This document shows positions 1 through 13,400 of a stretch of DNA of 64,000 nucleotides, one piece after another. Position 1 is the first letter of the stretch, and each line of letters opens with the position of its first letter. Both the position numbers and the translations under genes were made by a program. The notes under the pieces were generated by a model. The model did no database searches, was not told the DNA's origin, and was given only the letters and a program-made list of their open reading frames with translations. This stretch comes from Bugula neritina (Eukaryota > Animalia > Bryozoa), in assembly GCA_964035545.1 (NCBI GenBank), contig OZ037765.1, forward strand, positions 22,071,504-22,135,503. The letters run 5' to 3'.

Positions 1-596
1 TTAGCTAGGAGGTAAGCTTCCCCCTCAGTCAGAGCATCTTCAACGGTGGTGACTCCCCTAGCTAGAAACTGGTGGTGGAGACCCAGATCGTCGACAGATG
101 CTATGAAAGCGTCGAGGGTATACCTCTCGCGGTTGACTGGGGGCAAGTCGCTGTACGCGATCTGTGCCAGCTTCATGACCGCGGCGGCATGCTCCCGCAG
201 CGGGGTGCGGGGATCACGCCGCAACCTCTGCAATCGGGCCCTGGCATCTGTAGCAGAGAGGCCGAAGCGGGCCCGCAGAGAAGCAAAGATATTATCAATG
301 TCTACGCCCAGCCCATAAGGCTTGGCTTTGTCCATCAATGCCATTCTAAGCTTCAGCAAGGCCACCCTAGGGGGCCACTGGGCGACGTCCATTACGTCAC
401 TAAACTCTTGGATAAATTGTTCCACCTCCTCTTCACCCGTGAAGGTGGGCGCCTTTAACCGGTAGCGTTCCTTAGTTAGTTCTCGCGGAACCCTTCGCTC
501 TTCTACTACATGGTTAACAGGCATTGTCTCTACAGCATTGTCTCTACGCTCACCTTCTATTGCCGGTGGTTGAGTTCCAGCATTTTCAGTCTCCAT
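1..596 (-). CDS. Gag (capsid) ORF of an LTR retrotransposon, Gypsy-like; runs off the window
   Basis: ATG at 596-594 just downstream of the PBS. Open frame METENAGTQPP...KAPTFTGEEEVEQFIQEFSDVMDVAQW...FASLRARFG...LQRLRRDPRTPLREHAAAVMKLAQIAY...AFIASVDD..., with retrotransposon Gag-like motifs. GC-rich relative to host. Absent from the ORF track because there is no stop in the window. Confidence 0.85.
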   Translation of the reverse strand, partial: METENAGTQPPAIEGERRDNAVETMPVNHVVEERRVPRELTKERYRLKAPTFTGEEEVEQFIQEFSDVMDVAQWPPRVALLKLRMALMDKAKPYGLGVDIDNIFASLRARFGLSATDARARLQRLRRDPRTPLREHAAAVMKLAQIAYSDLPPVNRERYTLDAFIASVDDLGLHHQFLARGVTTVEDALTEGEAYLLA

Positions 597-608
597 CTTG
601 GATGCACT

Positions 609-626
609 ATCCCACTGCTGCCACCA
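609..626 (-). other. Primer-binding site complementary to the tRNA-Leu 3' end
   Basis: Minus strand TGGTGGCAGCAGTGGGAT, 1 nt from the LTR end. Matches the complement of the eukaryotic tRNA-Leu 3' terminus ...AUCCCACYGCUGCCACCA. Confidence 0.85.
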
Positions 627-627
627 C

Positions 628-932
628 TGTTATGATTTTCAGATCTAGGGTTGATGTGCTCTCCAGAGAGTCTATTTATTTGCTATAGAACTGCACCAGG
701 ATAAGTCGAGTGAACGAGTATATTTTACACACAATTATACATTATAAAAACGATACATTATATTCAAACAAGTTACACATCTAATCTATTTCACACTCTA
801 GCTTCGACTGAGTTAGCAGCGGGAAACTACAATTGCTGCTAACTATCAACTACGCTAATTGGCTATCCATTGTTCCGGGTCAATTACGCGACCCTACATG
901 TTGTGCTGCTGGTAGTTCCACGAACCACCACA
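628..932 (-). mobile_element. 5' LTR (~305 bp) of the LTR retrotransposon, antisense to AHI1 and probably in one of its introns
   Basis: Minus-strand TG...CA termini (TGTGGTGG...TCATAACA), PBS immediately inside, AATAAA and CCAAT motifs on the - strand, outer flank GTAT (933-936). Confidence 0.8.
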
Positions 933-1454
933 GTATCACTGTGTTCGTAGCCCACAACCTTGGTCCCAGTCTCTTGTCAGTCTCTAAGTATAACGTCAGT
1001 TAATATTTGAGTTATTAGTTAGTAGGTGTATGCTCAAGTACTAGTAAAGGATTTGTTTCAATTAGTATAAGTATCTCTTATGAATTTGTTCACTCTTTAT
1101 CAATCTCAATCTTCTTTCGTTCTCTCCATGCTCATTTCCTATTTCTTTTTTATTAATTTACAAATAAAGAACAGATAACTCCTTGGTATACACTTCAGAC
1201 ACTATTTGTCTGCTGCCTTCCTTCCTGCCAATACACAGCCTGTTTAAATCACCATCATTATCATTAGTATCATTATTATAATTATATACTAAAGCTAATA
1301 TATTTTGCAGCATTTTCATTTTTTGAAAAGTGTTGAATCCTTGCATAAATTACGTAATTTATAATAAGGCCAGCCAGAAATTTTGTTTTTATTGTCAGTG
1401 CTCTGTATCTTTAAAACTGTCTTAATATTAAAGTTTATTTATGGGGTTTTTAAG

Positions 1455-4400
1455 AGCCAAGAAAGAAGCTGAAGAAGAAAAAGTCACCAGCAAAAGAAGA
1501 ACTTTTACCTGATCCGCAAGAAAACATTATTGGTTAGTTCAACTAGTAATTTATAGCAGTTACTTAGAAGTGATGACTATAAGCTCATCAAAAGGTTCTA
1601 CTGTGCAAATTTGCAAGTTTTTTCAGTTTTAACAATAGATAACTTTACATGCATGCATACTGTTAATTTATTAAGCTGCTAACCTTTACAGCTATAAAAG
1701 TATTGCACTTTTGTCAAATAAGCTATTGTGAAGAAATATAAAAAGTTAAATATAGCAATATGCGTTGACACTCATGTTTTGCTTTCTGCGGAGATATTAC
1801 CAATATTACATCAACTTGTCATAATTTTTTTAAAGCATAATATTGTTACACTTGTTTTTGCTTGAATTATAATACTGTACGTATTTGGCAATCACTACTA
1901 ACCATTATAATATATTATGTGTTTTACAGCAGCCAACAGCATAAAAAAATCTACAAAGGCAACTTTTGATTTGTATTTAGAGCAAGCTCAAGCAAATATT
2001 GCAAGGTACCTTTATAAACAATAAATAAATATTTTTAAGTTGTAAACACCTTATTCTCATGACTAGTTAATTTAGAGATGGAGTTATCAATGTAGCATTC
2101 AACTATTACATAAGATATATGATTCTTTCTAGAGAGCGAAAGTCATCACCAAAAAAAGGAAAGAGTAAAAAACAAAAGGAAGGAGAAGAAGTATTGGTAT
2201 GCTTTTAACTGTAATATATCTTATGTATTGTCTTTGTACAGTAATAGATTAGTAGGGTAGTAACAGATCACATAATTATGTAAATTATTTGTTGCAGCTT
2301 GAGAACTTGCGAAATTCTAGTGATTTTCAGAAAGACAAGGATGAGGAGACGAAGAGACGCAATACGTATGATCCTGATGAAACTAAAGAGAAGAGCAATC
2401 GAAGAAGAGATAGACAGAGAAAATGTATCTTGGCAAAATAGCAATTATAAATAAATCTTTACAATCATCAATGTTTTTTTAATTTAAAGATGCATTGTCT
2501 ATGCAAATGGTATATAATGCAAGATAAAAAAGACGTCTAATAATAATTATAATAACTTTGCTATTTAATGATTAGTTAATTATATTGTTATCTAGTAAGA
2601 AGTAGCTCTTCTCGGCCTCCCCGACCTTTAGAAGGTAGTGAAAATATCGGCTATGAATCTGAGTCATCAACGAGAATTGCTGATCCATCTGGTGATGCTC
2701 CAATGACTATTGATGAGTTGTCCTCCCAGAAGAAAACCAAACGATCAAAAAAGTTCAAAGAGGGGATTGAAAAAGAGGTATTCTATAATCTTCATGATCC
2801 CTTCAGCTGTGTTACTTTTCTTCCCTGCAGCCATGTACTTGTAGTGAATAGAGAATTGTTAACTTGTTCAATTATAGGAAGCTGAGACAACATTTATTGA
2901 AGAGCAAGAAAATATTTCCCCAAAGAAAACTAAGAAATCACGAAAAGGAAAAAAAGGTGAAAAATTTTTTAGAACAGAAATTAGTGAATTATTTTACTAA
3001 TGTGATTGTTATAAGGGTGCTCTGCAGAAAATAGACATAGTTATGTTTAGAAATATACCTCTGTTGACTGCATGTGTTGATATTAACAGTAATTTTATAG
3101 CAACACAACCTAAAAATGTTTTTGTTAACAAAGTTTCATATCATGCCACGCGGATTAATACTAGCATGCCTAAGTTATCTGAATCTGCAATCAAGTATAT
3201 TAAACAATAACTTTAGTTGTATATTTAACTATGATGATAATAGCACTGGTGCTGTCTAACAGTGCACAACCTTTCAAATGAGAATTTAAAATGCATCATC
3301 AAGGCTTGTTATATGGTTATATATTCTTTGTATTCTACAGGTGTAGGAGAACCTGAAGAGAAAGAAGTTGCAGAAGCTGCTCCAGCTTCACCACCTGCGG
3401 AGTTCTTTCACTATACAGATGACAACAAGGTGGCCGGGGTTATTATACACAAGTCTGATAAACTCAGGTCTAATTTTCTACTCCAGCATCCTCTGGTGCG
3501 AGTTCATATCATTGACATAGATACTGGACAGTACCTCATTAAACAAGACAAGTTAGTAAATCATTCTCTGTTCTACCAATTTACAGTTAGAATATTGTTG
3601 CATTTTGATAAGTGGTTATTTTAAATTTTCTGTGTGTCTTGCGTTTCAACAGCTAAGAAAATTGTTTAGGTAATGTGCAAAAATGCTCACAAAATACTTC
3701 ATATTCAAATGAGGCAACATGTGAAAAAATGTTTTCATAGTTCTGGAAATCATTTCATCATTAAAATAAAATGCTTTTACTTAGAGAAAGATAAAGTAGT
3801 GACATTCGAGTTAATATAATGTGTCATTTTATTGTAATGACACAAACTTTCAACTTGCAAAACTTATATGAAGTTTTGCAAGTTAAAAGTTTGTTATGTA
3901 ACGATGCCAAAAGCTACTCTGGCCTTATTGGTTTGTGTAAAACATAATATGCACATTAGTAGCATTCCCACTATTATAATTGTTTCAATATAGGATAAGC
4001 ATTAATGCTCATGTTTGTAGTTTTTGAATTTAGAAACAACAACTATTATGAAAGATTAGGGAGCAGCCAGCCGTGGTTTAGAGGTTAGAGTGTTTGCCTA
4101 GTAAATACGAGGTCATGGGTTCGAGCCCAGACAAGGGCCATTGGTGATATTAGGAAGAGCATCCAATCATAATTGCTCCTGTGCCTCATTTAAATAAGTC
4201 CTTAGCCCGCTTTAACAAAAACCCTTTCCATCAGGGGTTTCTCACAGGGATTGTGACTATAAACTTGCGTGAGAGTTTTTAATTATTGTGAAAGATTAAC
4301 TACTAAAAACCTACTATTGAAAGGGCCTGTTTTAATGCAAGATTAAATCAAGCCAATATGTTCCCAATAACTATACTGTTATGAGTATAACTATAAATGT

Positions 4401-7400
4401 CTATTTGTAATAAAGTTATTGAAATAATGCAGACATCGGCCGGCCACTTCATTCTATGAAATGAAAAATAGAGATGAAGCGCCAGATTTCATCTTGCCTG
4501 TCATGACTCAGACTTTTGACTTCAAGGAGATGAAGACAATGGTGCCTTGGTGGGATGAGATGCTCATATTTAATGAGAATTTTAACTATTTGCTGCAAGA
4601 AACCCCTAATGTGGTGGTGTTTTTTGAGGTAAGTAGTTATAGTTAATGCAACTCGGCCGAACCGCTATCTACTGAATCTGGTTGAGATTACATTAATCAG
4701 TGTGGAAGATCACCTTCTAATAGCAATGCATACTTAAGTAATAACTTTGTTTTACAAATACTAAAAAACTTGGAAAAACTGTTTCCTGCCAAAATTAAAT
4801 CTCTGGCTGAAAGTTTTTATTATTTTACAGCTTATTTAGAAAAAGGTTTAGCTATAAAAAAAAATATGCTTACAGCCTAGTAAATGCAGAAATTTTATTT
4901 TAAATTGATGAGAAATGTACTAATAGCCACTTGCCCTTTAAAAGCGTGTGATTGAGTATAACTTTAATTATGAAATTAATAACCAAAAACACTTCTGATA
5001 ATAATTATTTGACTGGTTGGCTAAAAGTTCAGCTAAGTATTTTAATATATTTTAATATTTTAATATCGTAATATTCTACAACATGATTATTGTTCTAAAT
5101 TTTACACTTTCAATTCTTATTTCAATATTCACCATGAAAGTTATTTACCTGAAAAATTAGTTATTTTCCATGAAATTTATAATGTAAGTCTAAATAACAT
5201 ATGTTTATTTTAAACAGTTTGCATTTAACTTTTTAAAGAAAGACTCAGTGATGTGAATATTTTGTTGAAAGAGTTTAAAGTTGAAGTTATGGTTTCGATG
5301 TTATCTTCACCTTTGTGAACTTTCACCTGTCATGTTAGGTGCTGGACTTTGTTAGCATGAACAGAGCTTCTCGTAATCAAAGCAACCAGTTTTTGGTGAA
5401 GGGAGATGAAGGCTGGCATAAAGAAGCATGGGCATTCCTGAAGGTAGAGAAAATACTCATCATACCTTTTCATTTATACTAGTTTTAAAATTTGCTTTCA
5501 TCTTTATACAAAGGAAGTTATTTTATTGATCAAAATTGTTGATACAATCAGTTTAAATAGGGTTTTAACACTCCAATAATGTCTAACAAAAAGTTCTGTT
5601 CTTTTCTTTGCAATGGGCTTATATGTGAACTGAAGTGTGTTTCAATGTGTTTTTTAGTTACGGGGAGCCAATGGAAAGCTAAATGTTGATAAGCAACTTC
5701 GTCTTCAATTATTTGAAATTCCACGATCAAAAGTGGGTTCGGACCAAGTACCAGTTTACCATTACTGGAAGGATTGCGTGAGGCGTTCCTATCCCTCCTC
5801 TCTTTACGTGACGGTCAGATCTGTCCTCCCTCCAGATGTGGTGGAGCCGGCTTCTAGATCAATGTTTCCTACTCAGGAGGAGAGAGGCACTATGACACTG
5901 AAACAAATCCAGGAGGCATTATCCAGATCTAACATAAAGTAAGTTGACTAGTGTGGCTGTCATTGTATGATCTTTTTGCTTGAAATTATTTGTAGTAAAA
6001 AAAAAGCATAACTAATAAAATAATGTCACGTTTATGTTTTCTATTAATTTTGCTTACAGAGAAACATGTTGTTCTATTATATTTGATGTTAAGCCCCTAA
6101 GCTCCAGTTTGTTGTTCTCATTATATGTACATGTATAAGCTTGCAATTGTAGAAAGAAAATCCTCAAGTCAGAAAGAGATTTCTCAAATAGGCTGTAATT
6201 ATGTCAATGTTGGTTTCACATAGTTACATGTTACATTTGTTAATTTTGTGTTCCTCTTTCTATCTCCGATGTACTTGTTCAAAACAGTTACAGTGTTCTG
6301 CTCTGTATGCAAACCATTTTCAATCATAATACTATGTACAGTTATATTGCTAACTACTGGAGATTTGAATGATGGCTTGGTAACAAAGAGTTGTCTACTT
6401 CGAATATCTTAGGATAGTAAAAATGTGTTGTCTCCTTGTAGAGACACAACAGAAGAAGTTCCCTCAAACTGGAGCCGACTACCAGGCCAGATGTGCAAGC
6501 TACCAAATACTCCTTTACTCAACTTGCCAGCTGGGAAAATGGGCTGCCTGGTGATGAGTTTCTCTCATGATGGCAGGTTAGCAAATCTAATGCTCTTCTA
6601 TTCACACCATTTCAAAATCCTTGAGCACCGTAAACAACTCAGCATAGCAAATTGTCCAAACAAGAATTTATTTGGTTTTTGATACTGGCAAGAGAGCCTA
6701 GTAAAAAACACAAGGTCAGTGGTTCAAGTCCAAACACAGGCATTGATATTGAGAAGGGCGTTCAGTCATGATTGCAGCTTTGCCACATCAGAAGTAGTCT
6801 ATAGCCCAATTTAAAAAAGCCTTACCATCAGTGTTTTCCACAGGCATGGTGACTATGAAAACACACTGGAGTTTGTTTTATTTGCAACTTTGAATTGTTG
6901 ACGAATTGCTCACTGCTTTACCCTCTAGATATCTAGCATGCGGATGTCATGACAAGTCTTCCAATCCTATTCTGGTTTATGAAATTCCTGGTGGGCATCT
7001 TAAAGCCAGTCTCACTGGTCACTACAACAACATTTATGAGATTTCATGGTCTAGAGGTGATCACTACATCTTATCAGCGTCATCTGATGGTACAGCAAGG
7101 TATTTACTGATAATATAATCTATCAGTTGATGGCAATGTACACACTGTCTACATTTTTTAAATCATAAATTAATTTTGCTGAGCCTTTATGAAACAAGCA
7201 AGAATAGATATCTTTTTTTCAAACGGCCCCTGTTGCCCCCAGGTTTTGGTTCTAATGTCAATATATATTATATACATATAGTCTGTGTTGTGGCATTATT
7301 GCTGTGTAAATCATGCATAACACTTGTTTTTGGCTAGGCAATGATGACTTGCGTGTACTGTACTTGGCTAGAAAAGTGTTCATACAGGTAGTCCTGCACA

Positions 7401-10400
7401 TGTGCATAACCTTTTTAAAACCCAATGCCTGTAGAAACCAAGTTTAAATATTGGCTTTACTGGTCATGCAGTTTTACAGCAAAAGAATTGGCTTGTAATT
7501 TGCCATGCAACCTCTTATATAAGATATATTTGCACTCAATATCATAAGAAGATAATGTCATACTTACTAAAGATTCTATGGTTATTAGGGTCATATATTC
7601 ACAGTTACTGTTGCTGTTGCAGAGTTTGGGATCTCAACACTGAAAAGTGCAAAAAGATGCTGCCTCATCCAACATTTGTGTATTGTGCAAAGTTTCACCC
7701 ACGCGTCAGCAAGGTCATCGTAACTGGCAGCTATGACAATGTCGTAAGGGTATGGCACATGGATGGCGCTGAGATGGAAGGTTTGAATTTGTTAGACTGT
7801 ATCTATCTACAGTGTAATGTAGCAGTAGCCTATTTGGTTTAATTACCAAGTCAAGCAGATCTCAAGAAGGAAATTAAGGAAACTTGAAAGGAAATATTTG
7901 ATCAAGTCTTTTAGTTTTCCAAAACTTGTGCATTGGGTTATGACCTGCATAGCATTATAAATGGTAAGCATTGTTCGACTTAGTTCACGAATTATAGTAA
8001 TGTATACTATTGTAGCGGATTTGAAACAAGAACTAGACCAGCATATGTATTATGTCAACAGTCTATGCTTTGATGAAGAAGGTACAAAACTGTTTTCTGC
8101 AGACAGTGGAGGCATTATCAAAATATGGAATGTCTTCACTACTGAAAAGGCAACCAAAAAAGGTAATACATAAATAAACTAGTTTAATTGAAGATGTTTC
8201 AATTAATGTTCTTAATGAATATTTTATGAGTTGAATAAATAAAAAATGTTGTTTATATTCTATGACATTGAGCCTGGCTATCAAATAAGAAACAGTGATT
8301 AACTGTTTCTGCCTATCAAATATCTTATATTTAGTTTTTCTGCGGCTATTTACTATTTAATGTAAGTCATAATTTTGCCTCAATTGTAGGTGTTTCTCGT
8401 GACTGGAATTTAAACTCTACTATTGAAAATGAAGAACTAAAAGTACAGTATAACAACTCTGTGTTCTGTGCATTTGGGATGTTTGTATTGAATTTTCAAA
8501 ATTTAGTTTTATTAGTCATCTGCACAGTATAAAAGTAAACTATGTTTATCACTTAAAATCATGTTATTTTGATTTAGAAAGTGTGTATAATATCTTAGAT
8601 GTGTGCAGTTTCTCACGTGTGTGCCATGCTTTAGGATCAGGTAATAAGCTACCTTTCTCTACATCCCAATGGACGAAGGCTGTTGGTGCAAACCAAAGAT
8701 AACACCATCAGGATGCTAGACTTGAGAATGATGACTGTTACGCAAAGATATGTTGGTGCGCTCAACTTTAGAGAGATAATTCACAGCGACATTACTGTAT
8801 GCGGCACATTTGTGTTGGGTGGCAGCGAAGATGGATGTGCATATGTTTGGAACACAGAGACTGGTGATCAGGTAACTCAATCCATTCTCACAGAAAATTA
8901 ATACAATGTATTATACTAATCTGTGTCCCATGATCATTGGTATTGTTATAATTTCCAGAATTATAATATTAAAGTGGGTTCGTCTATATTGCACTTATTC
9001 GATATGCATTCTCCAATACAGGACAAGTAGTAAGAAGAGAAGATTGTATTTATTACCATAGATACACGAGTAAAAACTAATACACTAATTTCTAAAATAT
9101 AAAATATACATCTATCCTTGCGTATTCAACACCACACTCTAACTACACTCTAAGTAACAACTGTCCGGAAGCATTCTGCTTCGCCGGGGGGGGGGGGGGG
9201 GGGAGGTAATCACGTGCCTAGCAGTAATTGGCTCGTAAGCACGTGGCGTTTTATGCTTCACTGGCCACTACAGTATCATTATTAATTACATTACCATTGG
9301 TTTGGTAAATATAAGAACTAAAATAACTACTAGTTTATTGTTCCAACAGCAATTTGGAACTCTCTTGCTTCAAACAGTAAGAATGTAAGATATTAAATGT
9401 CAGAAAGATTTTTAATACTTAACATGTTTTTGTGTTGTTAGAACTCATGAGATTTGATAAAACTACTAAATAAATGAATAAATGAAATATTAAAATCTAT
9501 TAATAAACTTAAAATTATTAAACCTCAATAGTGTTAGTGTGATAGTTTTTTTGTTGTAGGCCTTGTTCTTGCTTTCAGATCAAAGTTTTTTCAAATTATA
9601 GGTGGTTAAAGTTACTTTAACTATTTATTGAAAAATGAGCAAAATATCTTCAATTTTCTGAAATTTGTTCAATTTGAAAGAATAGTGTTCCGCTAATCAT
9701 TTAAGGTCTTTTTATTAAAAGTCGGTAGTTTTTGTCACCAGGTTGCCGTATATACTGACCTCAACTACTCGCATGCAGTCAATGACGTGAAGTTCCATCC
9801 TTTGGACCACATTGTCGCTTTCAGTTCACGTGGAGACAATCACAAAGTACAAGTCTTTAAATATGAGTATAACTGGGCAGATAAAGATGCTAAGAATTAC
9901 TATACGCTTGTTAACAAATCTCAGAGTGTGTTGGAGAAAACCAATCCGTGAGTTTATTTTCTTTCATTATTTAAATCGAGTTTATACTTTGCAGGCTTCA
10001 AATTTAGGACTGTGTTTCAAAGCTTTTTTGTTGTTGCATTCCATTAAATTATGCATTTTGTTACAGTTATAAAATTGGTAAAGTTGGAGATATTAAGTAT
10101 GTAACCTTGTTTCAAATTTTCTCCAGAAGTTGGAATAAATGCTAAAGTTCAAGCCAAATTTTTGTTGTATGTAATCAGAAGATGTATATATTTATTTGTA
10201 ATTATTTTTTTCATGCTATAAAGTTACTTTGTGATAATCAATAATTCTTTTTGCCTTATAATTTTATAGCATAGTTGAAGATTACAAGAATCGGCCATCT
10301 ATAGGTGATCGTATTTTAGATCGATTAGACAATGAATTGATGAACTATGTTCAAAAATCGCCTCCCAAAGTATCAAATTTATCTCAAAGAATTAGAGCAT

Positions 10401-13400
10401 CAGTTAGATACACAAAATATCACCACAGGCAATTGTTCAGTTGTTGCATTTCAAACTTGGCAGTCCTGTTCTACCGCCCAAATTTTATTGTTTCTGTTTG
10501 TACTAATATTCATAAGTTTGCTGTTGCTGAGTAATACTTTATTTTATTATTCCCTTTGGTTTTCTCTTGTTCTCTTAATCTCTGTTTTGTCTTGTTTGGC
10601 AAACATTAAAAAGTAAGAAAACTCCTATGCAAACCTGTTTCAAATATTAATCAATCTATGGTTTCAGTTTACCAAGTGCTGAGGAGGAGGCCACATCAAA
10701 GCCAAAACAAGATCTAACGCTGCAGATTGAAACTAAAAAGCAAAGAGCAATGAACAAATTAAGAACTGTTATGGTAATTCACTATTTTTGCTCTTACCAT
10801 TGTGATTCATACAAACCTGCCATGTAATATCATAAACACTGAAATATTTTGCAATATATTAAAGCATGTAAATATTTCAGGACAGCACTACTAAGGTAAG
10901 TGGCATGATGTAGTAGGAGGGCTAACTACTAATATAACTGCTGTAGTACGGTGCAGTAGCCTGTTAATGTACAAGTATTGTGTGATGTTAATGTTAGATA
11001 CCGCTAACTCACTTAAGTTTGACTTATGGTGCACATACATCTAATGCAGAGGGCGCTCAGTTCCATAACAACTCATCTATAATATTATTACTCCGCAACC
11101 TGTACCTTCAGCATTTACATTATAATGCTGTGAAGTGTGTCAACATCAATTTTTAAAAAAAAGCTAAATACTTGATGACTTTGAGATGTTGCATTTGAAG
11201 TTACTTTTTTTTTCTAGCTAAAAATCTGTAGTGTCATAGATGAACAATATAGAGCTAGTTAGAGTATTCTCTTGAGTTGCAGTTTGGTAACAGAATTTTA
11301 TTCAGCATCTATTATTAGTGATGCTTAAATGGTATTTTTATGAATTTTCTGGCCAAGGGTACTTCATAAATATTGTTATTTGCTGTTTATGTATCAAAGG
11401 TTAGGGCGTGCCAAGATATGCAAATCATCAACATCACCAATATATTACATAATTATCCAGACTGTTATAGTTTGAGATCACATTTTAGGAATTCAATACT
11501 GGTTTAGAAAGACAGAGACAACGTCATGCAGACCTCAATGCAATGACCTCTACTATGCAGCTTCCTAACACTGTAGGTGCGACGGGAACGTGGAGCTCAA
11601 CTGGAGACTGGGGCTCTACCTTTGATTATTCGAGGCCGAATGTAAGAACTTGAGAATTGTAATGTAATAATGTGCTCTGCACCTGTATAGTGCTAAGTAA
11701 ATATAGAAACTGTACTAAAACTGTATTCAGCATTGGATACATCATATACATGTAGCATTCAAAATATAATTATTTTAAAAATAAGTAAGAAAAATTTTAT
11801 TTGTTTACCACTTATTTATCTAAATTCTAAATAAAGAAAGTAAATTTCATGTTGTCTATTTAGATAAACAAAATAGTAAACAAGAAAAATGTTTCTAGCT
11901 TATTTATTTTTAATTAAGTTACTAGCCTGTAAGAACATAAATATATTACCTGTTAAAAGCCAACTTATTGAGCTATAGCGATGCATTAAAATGTCTGATT
12001 GTGGCATGCTCAAACTATATCATATAATTTTATTAATTGAGGTGCTGTGCTAATATTAACTACTAGTTGTATGAAACTTTACCTAGACTGAAGATGTTGA
12101 AAAGGTAATCTGTGTTGTCAACCATTTGCAGAGTATAGTCTCTGTACTGCTAGTGTTTTTAAAGAGTAAATATGTGCTACTACCTGTGGCATCTATCAGT
12201 GGTTTCCTGCGATTTATCTTGGCTATTACTTGTGATTACTACCTTTTCTCGTCTATGTGACTATTACCTGTTTGACTATTACATATGTGATTAATGCCTG
12301 TGGCTACTTGTGTGACTCATTGCAGTTTATGATTGCTACACATTCTATATGATCGTTACATTTTAACTTGTTTTAGTAGTTTGTTTGTTCATTCTTCAAT
12401 TCTGATGTCTTATAGCCAGTGATTGCATTAAATTGTAGATATTTTTGTGGATAATTGTAACTTTTATATAATGTGTTAATAGTAGCAGTGAAAAACAATG
12501 TGGTGAAACACCTAAACAAATTAGGGATAGCTTCTTTTCTTGGCTCTGGCATATTTTTATTTTGCTTATTTTATATCTTGTTTTTATGTCGACAGAAAAT
12601 TACAGGCTGGTAGCTGATGATATATAGATTGATATAATTTATTTCAAGTTTTCACACAACTTGTTGTTTTTAACCTGTTTTTGGCACTATTTGTTGAAAA
12701 GCTTCTACTGTCAGCATTCAACATGCACTGGTTTGGATGAGATTTTATTTCAGTGTATTTTGATGTATCAAGGGGTTTATTTAGCTAACAACTTTACTCA
12801 TTTAAAATACAGAGTTTGGGACCTACAATCATGTCGCCTCATGCTCGTCAAAGTGGTGAAACAGAGGCTATGCGAAATCACCTCAGCTCTCAAATGGATT
12901 ACATGAAGGGCTCTGCGTGGAGGCCAGGATTTAGTTCCAGTAAGTTAATGAGACAAATCTGTTAACCAGTCATAGAGCTGTTGACATAGATTTGAAAAAA
13001 AAACTTTCAGCATATGATCTTAAATGCTATATAAACACCTATCTAGTCAGTGTCGTAGTTGTCTAATTCTTATTTTTTGCTTCAATGTTGGCAATATCTA
13101 CCAAAAATAATTTTTAAACTGTATGGTGGTGGTGCCCTGTGATTAAGTTTGATTTGTTTACCTTCTCATAACTAAATTTCTAAAAGTAGAAATTAATTTT
13201 CTTTTTGCTACTTGAGTTGTTAAACTAAGTAAACTCTATAACAAACAATTTCTTAAATTTGGAATATTTTAACAACAGCTACAGTGTTATAATTCTTGGA
13301 TGCAAAGAAATTGTTGAATGAATTTGAAAAAAGTTTAAATGCCATTAGACAATATAGTTAGTAGATTACTATAGACAGAACTTAGACTTTGATGCGATCA

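Noticed and set aside
46-458. Two + strand ORFs (90 and 128 aa)
   Set aside because: Antisense shadows of the GC-rich gag frame on the - strand.
4059-4140. tRNA gene (also at ~59505-59583)
   Set aside because: A/B boxes present but no proper acceptor stem; joined to a repeated body with TSDs, so it is a SINE head.
12175-12330. Degenerate TGTGACTATTACC-like repeats
   Set aside because: Decayed minisatellite with no definable unit or function.
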